The notes under the pieces: model-generated
What the model was told of the DNA's origin: nothing
What the model saw: the letters and a program-made list of their open reading frames with translations, nothing else
The model's database searches: none
Position numbers and translations under genes: made by a program
Source: Deltaproteobacteria bacterium
GTDB taxonomy: Bacteria; Desulfobacterota; Deferrimicrobia; Deferrimicrobiales; Deferrimicrobiaceae
Reading direction: 5' to 3'
NCBI GenBank assembly: GCA_016218975.1
Contig: JACRCO010000071.1
Span: 83,288-147,287 of the forward strand
Length of the DNA stretch: 64,000 bases
In this document: positions 9,674 through 18,412 of the stretch, piece by piece
How positions within the stretch are numbered: the first letter of the stretch is position 1
How the letters are laid out: each line of letters starts with the position of its first letter

Positions 9674-10392
9674 CGGCCACGCCTCTCCTTTCCGTGCGGA
9701 ATCTTTCCGTTTCCTACGGCAACATCCAGGCCGTCCGGGGCGTTTCGTTCGATGTCCACGAGCGGGAAATCGTCACGCTGATCGGAGGGAACGGAGCGGG
9801 CAAGTCTTCCACGCTGCGGGCGCTTTCCGGGATAGTCCGGTACGAAGGGGGCGTCTTCTTCGATGGGGAAGACCTTCGCGGCGTATCCGCCCAGGGGATC
9901 GTCGCACGTGGGATCGTCCAGGTCCCCGAGGGGCGCGGGATCTTCGGCAACCTGACCGTGATGGAAAACCTTGTGCTTGCTACGTGGCAGCGGAAGGACA
10001 GGGAGGAGGTCGCGCGGGATTTCGAGCGGATCTTCTCCCGGTTCCCGCGCCTCGCAGCGCGCAGGCGGCAGCTTGGCGGGACGCTCTCCGGAGGCGAGCA
10101 GCAGATGCTTGCCGTTGCGCGGGCGCTGATGACCCGTGGACGGCTCCTGCTGCTGGACGAGCCTTCGATGGGGCTTTCGCCGATGCTGGTGCGCGACATC
10201 TTCGACACGCTCGTGGAGATCAACCGGGGAGGAACGACGATCCTGCTGGTCGAGCAGAACGCCAACATGGCGCTCCAGACGGCCGCGCGGGGCTACCTTC
10301 TCGAAACGGGCGCCGTCACCCTGGAGGGAACCGGCAGGGAGCTGCTCGGCAACCCGAAGGTCCGTGAAGCATACCTCGGCGGGACGGGATAG
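9670..10392 (+). CDS. livF: Branched-chain amino-acid ABC ATPase
   Basis: Walker A GGNGAGKSS, signature LSGGEQQMLAVARAL, Walker B LLLLDEPS. ATGA overlap with livG. Confidence 0.9.
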   Translation: MTATPLLSVRNLSVSYGNIQAVRGVSFDVHEREIVTLIGGNGAGKSSTLRALSGIVRYEGGVFFDGEDLRGVSAQGIVARGIVQVPEGRGIFGNLTVMENLVLATWQRKDREEVARDFERIFSRFPRLAARRRQLGGTLSGGEQQMLAVARALMTRGRLLLLDEPSMGLSPMLVRDIFDTLVEINRGGTTILLVEQNANMALQTAARGYLLETGAVTLEGTGRELLGNPKVREAYLGGTG

Positions 10393-10427
10393 CCCACTCT
10401 GCATACCTGCGGTAAGCGTCGGCGTCC

Positions 10428-11039
10428 CTACCTCAGGAAGTTCCGCACGATTTCCTTGAATACCGGTTTCTCGACCTTCGCCGCGATGCCGGGGACGTAT
10501 GCGCCGCCGTCGGGAAGGGTGCCGCCGACGCCGACCGGGCGGGCCAGGTACGCGCCGACGAACTCGTACAGGCGCGCAAGCTCGCGCTCGATCCAGGAAG
10601 GCGCCTCGGCCGCGTTCTTAAGTTCGTCCATGTTGCTCGCCATGGCGGTGGGATACATTGTGACGAGGTATCCCTTCCTGTAAGGGTTGTCCCTGGTCAT
10701 GGCCGCCCGCGCCGCATCGCGCCGGACATCGGCCACCTCTCCGTCGATCGGAGAGATGAAATCTACCTTTCGATCTCCGGAAACTACGGTGAACAGCGTA
10801 TCTCCCTGCCGGACCTCCCTGTGGAGTTCGGGCAGCTCGATCCGGTCGATCGTCCCCATGAACTGGCGGGCGAAGTCATCGATCCCGACCCGCGCCAGGC
10901 CCGTGTCCTCCAGGTACGCCCAGGTATGGCCGCGGTGGAAAAGTGCGTTTTCGGCCGCTTCCCGCTTCCTTTTGCCTTCAAGCGCCAGGTCGATGACCAG
11001 GAACGCAGCGATGCCAAGGATCATGAGCAGGATTGTCAT
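10428..11039 (-). CDS. Membrane-anchored glycine-cleavage-H-like (GcvH-like) protein
   Basis: One N-terminal TM helix (MTILLMILGIAAFLVIDLAL), then HTWAYLEDTGLARVGIDDFA...ELPE...G...ISPIDGEV as in the GcvH fold. Strong RBS AGGAGGTGA before the ATG at 11039. The ORF-track start at 11090 is rejected. Confidence 0.7.
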   Translation of the reverse strand: MTILLMILGIAAFLVIDLALEGKRKREAAENALFHRGHTWAYLEDTGLARVGIDDFARQFMGTIDRIELPELHREVRQGDTLFTVVSGDRKVDFISPIDGEVADVRRDAARAAMTRDNPYRKGYLVTMYPTAMASNMDELKNAAEAPSWIERELARLYEFVGAYLARPVGVGGTLPDGGAYVPGIAAKVEKPVFKEIVRNFLR

Positions 11040-11073
11040 GACGTCACCTCCTTGTTTTGCTGACTTCCATTGG

Positions 11074-11089
11074 AGCATCGTTCGTGCCA
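11074..11089 (-). promoter_or_regulatory. Sigma-54-type promoter candidate (TGGCAC-N5-ATGCT) for the GcvH-like gene
   Basis: The minus strand reads TGGCACGAACGATGCT with correct -24/-12 spacing, about 35 nt upstream of the ATG at 11039. Confidence 0.45.
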
Positions 11090-11321
11090 ACGGTGGATCC
11101 GCCCCGGCGGCGACATTAATATCATTGAAATAAATGGGGAATGTTGGCTATCAGGAATGGATCGCGGGAATCGGTTAGACGCTCAAACTGTTGAATATAT
11201 CTACACGGTATCCGGCTTTTTAATTTTTCTACAGGTTTTTGATGGGATAGGGTGTTGAGAAATTCACCGGCAAGATGAATTTTTCAACACTTGTTTTTCT
11301 CCATAAAAAAAACCTGCGCCA

Positions 11322-12464
11322 TCATGAAATAACGACTGGAATTTTTCGTTCCATGCAACCCTGGAATATATCCCGTAGTTCCCCCTCCGCGACGGGGCGA
11401 CGGGTCGAAAGTACCCTGCGCCGAATCAAAGGAAGTATTTTACGCGCTTCGTCCAGGCCGATGTCGATGCCCAGCTCATGCAACCGGAAGCGGACTGCAG
11501 CGGTGCCGGAGTGCTTGCCGAGCACGAGGCGCCTCGTGGCGCCCACCTCCTCCGGCGGGAAAGGCTCATAGGTGGAAGGATCCTTGATCACACCGTCGAC
11601 GTGGATCCCCGACTCGTGGCGGAAAGCGTTCTCCCCCACTATTGCCTTCCCCGCGGGAACCGCCCTGCCGGAGGCGCGGGCCACGTAGCGGCACAGATCG
11701 AAGAACAGTTCGGTGCGGATACCCGCATCGATCCCCTCCACTTTTTTCAATGCCATCACCACTTCTTCGAGCGACGCGTTCCCCGCCCGCTCCCCAAGGC
11801 CGTTCGCGGTCACGGTGACGTATCGCGCCCCTCCCCGGATGCCCGCAAGGGCGTTCGCGGTCGCCATCCCGAGGTCGTCGTGGGTATGTATCTCTATCTC
11901 CATCCCCGTGGCCTCCTTAAGCCTGCGCACCGCGTCGCACGTGCGAAACGGATCCAGCACCCCCACGGTGTCGCAATATCGCAGCCGTTCGGCGCCCGCC
12001 TTGCGGACCGTCTCGGCGAACCGGACGAGGAAACCGAAATCGGCCCGCGAGGCGTCCTCGGCCCCGGCCGCCACGGCAAGGCCGGCCCTTCTTGCGTAAC
12101 GGACCGCTTCGGCGGCCCGTTTCAGCGCCTCATCCCCGTTTATCCGGAGCTTCATGCGAAGGTGAAGGTCGGATACCGGAAGGGAAACGAACACGAAAGA
12201 TACACCGCACGTTGCGGCTGCTTCGATATCCTGTGGAAGGGCACGGCACCAAACCGAGATCCTGGCGGAAAGCCCTGAAGACGCGATCTCCCTGATCGCC
12301 TGCCTTTCCTCCTCTCCGGAAGCGGGGGATCCCGCCTCGATCTCCGGCACGCCCATTTCATCCAGCATCCGGGCGATCCGCACCTTCTCAGCCCGTGAGA
12401 AGGCTACCCCGGCCGCCTGTTCCCCGTCGCGGAGCGTGGCGTCGTTAACAATTACCTTGTACAT
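11322..12464 (-). CDS. nifV: Homocitrate synthase
   Basis: 380 aa. The N-terminus VNDATLRDGEQAAGVAFS...EAG and HTHDDLGMATANALAG are HMGL-like/NifV motifs. Last gene of the nif operon. Confidence 0.9.
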   Translation of the reverse strand: MYKVIVNDATLRDGEQAAGVAFSRAEKVRIARMLDEMGVPEIEAGSPASGEEERQAIREIASSGLSARISVWCRALPQDIEAAATCGVSFVFVSLPVSDLHLRMKLRINGDEALKRAAEAVRYARRAGLAVAAGAEDASRADFGFLVRFAETVRKAGAERLRYCDTVGVLDPFRTCDAVRRLKEATGMEIEIHTHDDLGMATANALAGIRGGARYVTVTANGLGERAGNASLEEVVMALKKVEGIDAGIRTELFFDLCRYVARASGRAVPAGKAIVGENAFRHESGIHVDGVIKDPSTYEPFPPEEVGATRRLVLGKHSGTAAVRFRLHELGIDIGLDEARKILPLIRRRVLSTRRPVAEGELRDIFQGCMERKIPVVIS

Positions 12465-13647
12465 GCAATTCCTCTTCCCCCGGTGCGGGCCACAGCGTCC
12501 GCAAGCCGAATTCCAGAGCGATCCCTGCGCCGAAAGCGATGCTTAAATTGCCGGTCGCCAGGGTTATCAAGCCGATGGAAACGGCGACACCCGTCTCGCG
12601 CGGCAGATGGAGGATGTCCCGGATGAGCCTGCCATGCTCTATCCCCACGTAGAGCAGAAACATGCCGAGGACCGCCGCCGGAACCAGCGAGCACAGGGAC
12701 GATATGGAGTTCCCGAAGAACGCTCCGAGCAGCAGCAGGATCGAACCGATGAAAAGCCCCGCCCGGCCGGTGCGCGCGCCGAAACGGTAATGGGCCGTCA
12801 CGCCGCCGGAGCCGTGGCACATGGGAAGCCCTCCCGCAAGCCCCGAGAACAGGTTCGCGGCTCCCAGGGACGCCGAGAGGCGCCGCTCCGTGACCTTTTC
12901 GGCCGATTTTCCGAAGCAGGTGCGGCAGGTAGCGGCCGTAGCGACGATCGAGTTGGCGAAGGTCAGGGGAATCTGAGGCAGGAGGAGCGTGAAAAGCACG
13001 GTGTCCAGGTCCGCCGATGACGGGATCGAAAATCCGGGCAGCGAGAAACCGGCCGAAAGGGAAGACAACGTCCCCGGTGCAGCCCACCACAAGCCGCACA
13101 GAACCCCGAGCAGGACAGCCGCCAGCGCAGACGGGAACCTGCGATCCCGCGCCGAAAGGAGAAGAAGGACCGCCGTGACGGCTGCGACGATCGCGCCCGC
13201 CGGGATCGTCAATCCTGCTGCCTCGAATGAAGGAGTCCAAAGGTCCTTCCCAAGGAGATTCCATCCGCCCTTGACCAGCAGTATGCCCAAACCGAGCTGG
13301 ATCCCACGGACTACCGGACGCGGGAAGAGCGCTTTCAGCGGTCGGTCGAGCCGGAACACAGCGATGGAAATGAAGATCGCGCCCATGAAGAGGGCAGTGG
13401 CGGCGATTTCCTGCGGAGCGGCGCCGATGGCGATAGCGACGGCGGAAGTGGCCTTCAGCGGCTGAACAGGCATGGGAAGCCTGAAGGACAGGCTCGCGGC
13501 GACGTAGAACAGCCCCGCCGAAAAAAATACCGGCGCCGCATCGAGCCCGCAAACGGCAATCAGGGAGACCGCCAGGGGCAGAAACGTCCCGAGGTCGCCA
13601 AGCGAGCCCGAAAATTCCTGGACGTTGCGGCGTAAAGCGTCTTTCAT
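12445..13647 (-). CDS. MOT1/MOT2-family molybdate transporter-like membrane protein
   Basis: GSLGDLGTFLPL and PMPVQPLKA motifs are characteristic of the MOT-type molybdate transporter family, and the protein is polytopic. The start at ATG 13647 overlaps the nifB stop (ATGA). The ORF-track extension to 13803 is rejected. Confidence 0.75.
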   Translation of the reverse strand: MKDALRRNVQEFSGSLGDLGTFLPLAVSLIAVCGLDAAPVFFSAGLFYVAASLSFRLPMPVQPLKATSAVAIAIGAAPQEIAATALFMGAIFISIAVFRLDRPLKALFPRPVVRGIQLGLGILLVKGGWNLLGKDLWTPSFEAAGLTIPAGAIVAAVTAVLLLLSARDRRFPSALAAVLLGVLCGLWWAAPGTLSSLSAGFSLPGFSIPSSADLDTVLFTLLLPQIPLTFANSIVATAATCRTCFGKSAEKVTERRLSASLGAANLFSGLAGGLPMCHGSGGVTAHYRFGARTGRAGLFIGSILLLLGAFFGNSISSLCSLVPAAVLGMFLLYVGIEHGRLIRDILHLPRETGVAVSIGLITLATGNLSIAFGAGIALEFGLRTLWPAPGEEELHVQGNC

Positions 13648-14909
13648 ACGACTGCGCCTTCGCTGCGACGCCGCAGCAGCGTCTCGTAATTTTCCCGGAC
13701 GGCGTCCTCGATCCTGTTGCACGTCATCGCCGCATGGATTCCGTATGAAGCCAGCACCCTGCGCGGCTCGTCCCCGATCCGCACGGAAAGGACGGCGTGG
13801 CACCCGGAAAGGCTCGCGAGAACCCGTTCCATCCGTTCCCCGGGGTCGTCGCAGGCAAACCTTGACGCGCAGTACTTGTCCACTTTCCGGCGCTCCATGA
13901 AGCGGATCGCGGACCCCTCGGCGTCGTAGATCAGGAACTCGTCCGCGTGACCGAAGTGGAGGTCCACGAGAAAGCCGCTTCGGGAAGCGACCGCGAACCG
14001 CAGGGACTCGCCCCGGCTATCCCGCTCCCCGCCGGATGCGACTGCGCGGTGAGGGAGCTCCCGCACCGTTCCGTTTTCCACGAAGAGGGGGCGTTCGTCG
14101 AGAACGTTCCCCACGGCGTCGGCGCGGCACTGGGCGCAATGTCGCATCTGGGGAAGTATCCCGGACATTTTCTCCCGAACGATCGACAGCGCCTCGCGGC
14201 TCACCATGGGGAAATTCCCGAAAAAGGTGCCGGGCGTCGGGATGAACGGCATGATGTTGGCGATCTCCGCTCCCTTTTCCCTCGCGAACCGGACGATACC
14301 CCCTGCCTCCGCGTCGTTCACGCCGGGGATGTAGACGATGTTGACCTTTACGTGTATTCCCGTCCCCCGGAGCGCATCGAGCGCCTCCTCCTGCCGGGCC
14401 AGGACGAACAGCGCCGCGTCGATGCCCGAATGCCTGATCTCTCCGTCGTCCGCCCATGAATAGAGCATCCGCGCCGTTTCCGCGCGGCGGGAGTTGATCG
14501 TGACCGTTACATATCGAAGCCCCGCTTCGAGCATCCCGGATAGATGCCGGGGAATCCCGACGCCGTTTGTGGAAAGGCAGAACTCGATATCGCGGTCCTC
14601 TTTCCTTATGAGTCCCAGCGTCCCGAAGGTTTCCTCCGGGTTCGCCAGGGCATCGCCCGGACCGGCGATCCCGACGACGCGCAGGTTCGGGAATGCCGCT
14701 TTCATTCTGCGGAACCGTTCCAGCGCCTCTTCGGGCGTGAGGACGGCGCTTGTCACCCCCGGCCGGCTCTCGTTCACGCAGTCATACTTCCGGTTGCAAT
14801 AGGCGCACCGGATGTTGCACTTCGGCGCCACCGGGAGATGGAGGCGGCTGAACCGGTGCGCTGCGCCGGCGGAAAAGCAGGGGTGCTCCGCGGAAGCGAG
14901 GTCGGTCAC
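13644..14909 (-). CDS. nifB: Radical-SAM FeMo-cofactor biosynthesis protein NifB with a C-terminal NifX-like domain
   Basis: HPCFSAGAAHRFSRLHLPVAPKCNIRCAYCNRKYDC is the NifB radical-SAM motif. The C-terminal roughly 100 aa are NifX/NifB-like (FGHADEFLIYD). The start is set at GTG 14909, which overlaps the ferredoxin stop. Confidence 0.9.
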   Translation of the reverse strand: MTDLASAEHPCFSAGAAHRFSRLHLPVAPKCNIRCAYCNRKYDCVNESRPGVTSAVLTPEEALERFRRMKAAFPNLRVVGIAGPGDALANPEETFGTLGLIRKEDRDIEFCLSTNGVGIPRHLSGMLEAGLRYVTVTINSRRAETARMLYSWADDGEIRHSGIDAALFVLARQEEALDALRGTGIHVKVNIVYIPGVNDAEAGGIVRFAREKGAEIANIMPFIPTPGTFFGNFPMVSREALSIVREKMSGILPQMRHCAQCRADAVGNVLDERPLFVENGTVRELPHRAVASGGERDSRGESLRFAVASRSGFLVDLHFGHADEFLIYDAEGSAIRFMERRKVDKYCASRFACDDPGERMERVLASLSGCHAVLSVRIGDEPRRVLASYGIHAAMTCNRIEDAVRENYETLLRRRSEGAVV

Positions 14910-15169
14910 ATCGGCACCGGTTCGAACGAGAACGCTTTCTTGGAGCAGGTCCGGCCGCAGGCCCGGCAGCCGATGCAGTTGCCCGGGTTTTCGACCGTCA
15001 TGAACATTTTGGCCGAATCGTCCTCGTCCGCTTCCTTGCATCCCAGGACGCCGTAAGCGCAGATCTTGAAGCACCGGCCGCAGCCGATGCACATCTCTTC
15101 ATCGATGGACTTGATGAAGTGCGGTGTCCATTCCCGCTTGTCCCGAGTCAATCCGGTGATGTAAGCCAT
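14906..15169 (-). CDS. nif-associated 2x[4Fe-4S] ferredoxin (ferredoxin III-like)
   Basis: 87 aa with two CxxCxxC(x)nC clusters (CIGCGRCFKIC, CIGCRACGRTC). Sits between nifX and nifB. Confidence 0.8.
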   Translation of the reverse strand: MAYITGLTRDKREWTPHFIKSIDEEMCIGCGRCFKICAYGVLGCKEADEDDSAKMFMTVENPGNCIGCRACGRTCSKKAFSFEPVPM

Positions 15170-15214
15170 CTTTATCCCTCCGTCTTTTATTCTGTTCGCC
15201 GGGCGCCGCCTCGT

Positions 15215-15601
15215 TCATTCTTCTTCCGCAAACTTTTGTGCATTCACCGCGTTCATGGCCTTCCTGAGCCACGGCGGCGGGCTCCCTTTCAGCACCTCCT
15301 GGAGCCTCGCGACCGCTTCCGCGACGGGCAGCGCACCCCCGGTTTTCATCGGGTGTATCCTGCGGGCGACGAGCCTGGCCGCCGCCGGACCTCCGATCTG
15401 CAATGTATAGACGATGGCGCATCCGGCGATCGCGTCGGCGCGGGCCGCGATCCTGTCCTCCTCGTCGCCGCCGCCGCCCGGACTCACCTCCTCGAGGAAC
15501 TTCGCCTCATCGGGCCCCACTTCCCACACGTGGAACGACCGCGCCGCTCCGAAGTGCTCGTCGATCCGTTCGCCGGTTGTGCTCGTGAATGCAACTCTCA
15601 T
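15215..15601 (-). CDS. nifX: Nitrogenase cofactor-binding protein NifX
   Basis: MRVAFTSTTGERIDEHFGAARSFHVWEV...AIAGCAIVYTLQIGGPAAARL is the dinitrogenase iron-molybdenum cofactor family pattern. ATG 15601 lies behind GAGG. Confidence 0.8.
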   Translation of the reverse strand: MRVAFTSTTGERIDEHFGAARSFHVWEVGPDEAKFLEEVSPGGGGDEEDRIAARADAIAGCAIVYTLQIGGPAAARLVARRIHPMKTGGALPVAEAVARLQEVLKGSPPPWLRKAMNAVNAQKFAEEE

Positions 15602-15619
15602 GGCGTTCACCTCACCATT

Positions 15620-18379
15620 TCAGTTGTGCGCCAGTTTCAGCGCCTCGGCCGCGTTTGCCTGGAGCAGGTTCGCCGCCTCGAATAGAAGGTTCATCGTCCC
15701 CCGGTATCCCGTCCACATCTTCATATGGGCGCCGAGCCGGTCGAAAACCGGCAAACCGGCCCGCAGGTGCGCCTTGATTCCCAGCTTTTCCGCCGCCTGC
15801 CTGCCGTTCGAGTTCGCCACAAGCAGGTCCGTCCCACCGCCCGCTTCCTCCAGGTCCTCGAGGTCGCCGACGAATACCCTGTCGCAAGGAAGGTCGTCGA
15901 GCCCCCGGGTACGGGTGGCGGATATCGCCGCCCGGATTTCGCATCCCATTCCGGCGAGGAAACGGACCATCCCCTTCAGCGCGTCGGCTTCGAGCGCGAT
16001 GACAGCCTTCTTCGCCCCGAACTGATAATGGCTGTCCGCCATCGCGTCCATGAGGCGGCTGCGCCAGCGGCGCTGCTTCTCCGGAACAGGCCGACCGCTT
16101 ATGGCCGACAGTACGGACATGAGGCGGTCCGTCTCGGCAATACCCGTCACGGAAGTGAACCCGTACGCCGGAATGCCGAAGTTTTTTCCAAGCATCAGAG
16201 CCGCCTGGGCAAGGGAATCGCCCACGAACAGCGTGGCGACGCTGCGCCCGGCCATCCCTATCCCATCCACGGAAATGCCGCCGGTTGAAAGGGGCGACGC
16301 TTCGTCATCGATGTGGCCGTCGAGGGAGCGGGAGATGTCCGGCACGGCCAGGACGGTCAGCCCGAAGGACTCGATCAGCTCCTTGATCTCCTCGACGTCC
16401 GCCGGAGTCAGATGGCCCCCCGGCAGCAGGGTCACCTGCCCCCGGACCGGCTCCCCCCCCTTCGCGAGGGTGCCGACGATGGACTCGACAGCCGCCGCAA
16501 AACCTTCCTGCATCGAGCCGCAGTAGTCCGGCGTGCGGGCACAGACGATCGGGATCGATGCGATTTCAGGGTTCTCGCGGCGGAAGTGGACGATGGCGCT
16601 CCGCACGTCGTCCCCCATCGTCTCGGTAAGCCCCGAGGTCATCACGCCCACCACTGCCGGATGGAATTTCTCGATCGCCCGGCGAAGCCCTTTTTTCAGG
16701 TTCTCCCAGCCCCCGAAAATGGCGGTGTCTTCACTCATCGCGGTCGAGTTGAGGGCGATCGATTCCTTGAAGTGGCGCGAGAGCTGAAGGCGGATGAAAG
16801 TGGAGCACCCCTGCGCACCGTGCAGGAGCCCGAGCATCCCGTCTATCCCCAGGTACGCCAGGGTCGCTCCCAGGGCCGGCGAATTTTTCTGGGGATTGAC
16901 CGTCGCAGCCTTGGCCGGGATCGTGACCCGCGATGCGGACAGGTCCTCTGCAAGCAGCGCACGGGCATGACCGGCCGCCTTCGATGCATCGGTCTCCACC
17001 CGGCCGCCGCCTTTTTCCCACGGCGCCCCTGCCGAAAGGACCGGCCAGATCGGATTGTTGACCGTCAGGTCGAGCTGCTTCGCGAAGGTGACCATGCCTT
17101 CGTATCCGGCGTACGGCCAGGCCCTTCCGTGATTGATGTCGAGGAACGGGGTCCTGGTCTTTAGCGCCAGAAACTTGGTCTTGCCGCCCGCTACGATCAG
17201 GTCGGGCATCTTCTCCCGCATGATCGCCAGGAGTCCCGCCGTGGACGTATCGTCAATGATCCGGGCGTCCTTGTGCATCAAGTCCTTCATCCGGCGGAAG
17301 TCGTCGAGCGTCGAGTTCTGCGTTCCGGCTGCGAGGACCTCCACACCCAACTCCCGCAGGGCGTTGACCATGGACCAGGTCTTCACGCCGCCGGTGAAGA
17401 GCACCGCGCGCTTCCCTGCGAGACGGGCGCGGAAGGGGGCGATCCGCAAGCGGCAGAGAGCCTCTTCCTGCCGGATGAGCCGCTCCGCCCTCTCCTGCAG
17501 AAGCATCGAGCCGGGGCTTCCTGCGGCGTTGTCCAGCTCCCGTGCGATTTCCCTCATCGCCTTGGCAGTATCGGTCGTGCCGTAGAAAGACTCCTCGAGG
17601 TACGGCATTCCGTACCGTTGCTTCATTTTCCTGGCCAGGTTGGTGAGGCTCTTGGAGCAGACGACCACGTTGAGCCTCGCACGGTGGGCGTAGCGAAGAT
17701 CCTCGAACTTCGCATCGCCGCTGAAGCAGGAGAGTATGTTGATTCCGAGCCTTTGGAAAAGGGGCTGGATCCCCCAGAGGTCGCCCGCGATGTTGTACTC
17801 GCCGATCAGGTTGATGTCGTAGCCGGTGGTCGCCGGAGGCTCCGCCGTCCCTATTACGTATTTGAGAAGGATCTCTCCCGCGAGCCGGTTCCCTATGTTC
17901 TTGTCGCCGATAAACCCCGGAGTGTTGACCGGGATCACGGGAACAGGGATCTTCTCCGACGCCGCCTTGCAGACCGCTTCCACGTCGTCCCCGGTCATGG
18001 CGGTGACGCAGGTCGCGTAAACGAAGATCGCCTTCGCCTGTCCGCGGTACCGCGCTGCCAGGTCGAGGATCGCCCGGTGAAGCTTTTTCTCCCCGCCGAA
18101 GACGACGTCGTTTTCGAGCATCTCGGTGGTGAAGCCGCGCCTGTAGAGCCGGGAGCCCGACGAGCGCGCCCCCCGGTTGTCCCAGGAATTGCCCGCGCAG
18201 GCGATCGGGCCGTGGACCAGGTGAATCGCATCCGTGATCGGCATCAGGACCACTCTCGCCCCGTCGTAGGCGCAGCTCCGTTCCGTCCCCTCCCCCGGTT
18301 CCGATTTCCTGCAGAACCTGGGTGCGCCCTTTTCAAGTTCCGCGCACTCCTTCGGGTCGTAATAGTCGGGCCGCGCCAC
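15620..18379 (-). CDS. nifEN: Fused NifE-NifN FeMo-cofactor scaffold
   Basis: One 919-aa ORF. The N-terminal half is NifE-like (SCAYDGARVVLMPITDAIHLVHGPIACAGNSWDNRG). The C-terminal half is NifN-like (ALGATLAYLGIDGMLGLLHGAQGCSTFIR). No stop codon separates the halves. Confidence 0.9.
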   Translation of the reverse strand: MARPDYYDPKECAELEKGAPRFCRKSEPGEGTERSCAYDGARVVLMPITDAIHLVHGPIACAGNSWDNRGARSSGSRLYRRGFTTEMLENDVVFGGEKKLHRAILDLAARYRGQAKAIFVYATCVTAMTGDDVEAVCKAASEKIPVPVIPVNTPGFIGDKNIGNRLAGEILLKYVIGTAEPPATTGYDINLIGEYNIAGDLWGIQPLFQRLGINILSCFSGDAKFEDLRYAHRARLNVVVCSKSLTNLARKMKQRYGMPYLEESFYGTTDTAKAMREIARELDNAAGSPGSMLLQERAERLIRQEEALCRLRIAPFRARLAGKRAVLFTGGVKTWSMVNALRELGVEVLAAGTQNSTLDDFRRMKDLMHKDARIIDDTSTAGLLAIMREKMPDLIVAGGKTKFLALKTRTPFLDINHGRAWPYAGYEGMVTFAKQLDLTVNNPIWPVLSAGAPWEKGGGRVETDASKAAGHARALLAEDLSASRVTIPAKAATVNPQKNSPALGATLAYLGIDGMLGLLHGAQGCSTFIRLQLSRHFKESIALNSTAMSEDTAIFGGWENLKKGLRRAIEKFHPAVVGVMTSGLTETMGDDVRSAIVHFRRENPEIASIPIVCARTPDYCGSMQEGFAAAVESIVGTLAKGGEPVRGQVTLLPGGHLTPADVEEIKELIESFGLTVLAVPDISRSLDGHIDDEASPLSTGGISVDGIGMAGRSVATLFVGDSLAQAALMLGKNFGIPAYGFTSVTGIAETDRLMSVLSAISGRPVPEKQRRWRSRLMDAMADSHYQFGAKKAVIALEADALKGMVRFLAGMGCEIRAAISATRTRGLDDLPCDRVFVGDLEDLEEAGGGTDLLVANSNGRQAAEKLGIKAHLRAGLPVFDRLGAHMKMWTGYRGTMNLLFEAANLLQANAAEALKLAHN

Positions 18380-18412
18380 GGTATCTTCCCTCGTCCCCTT
18401 TTTTTCTTCGCG

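Noticed and set aside
12452-13552. 366-aa alternative-frame minus-strand ORF within the MOT transporter gene
   Set aside because: The translation is Arg/Gly/Pro-rich with no motifs. The overlapping frame encodes a polytopic membrane protein with MOT-family motifs and operon-consistent start and stop overlaps.
14910-15092. N-terminal extension of the nifB ORF overlapping the ferredoxin gene
   Set aside because: The extension has no NifB similarity and overlaps a convincing 2x[4Fe-4S] ferredoxin. A GTG at 14909 sits just before the conserved HPC...CxxxCxxC region.
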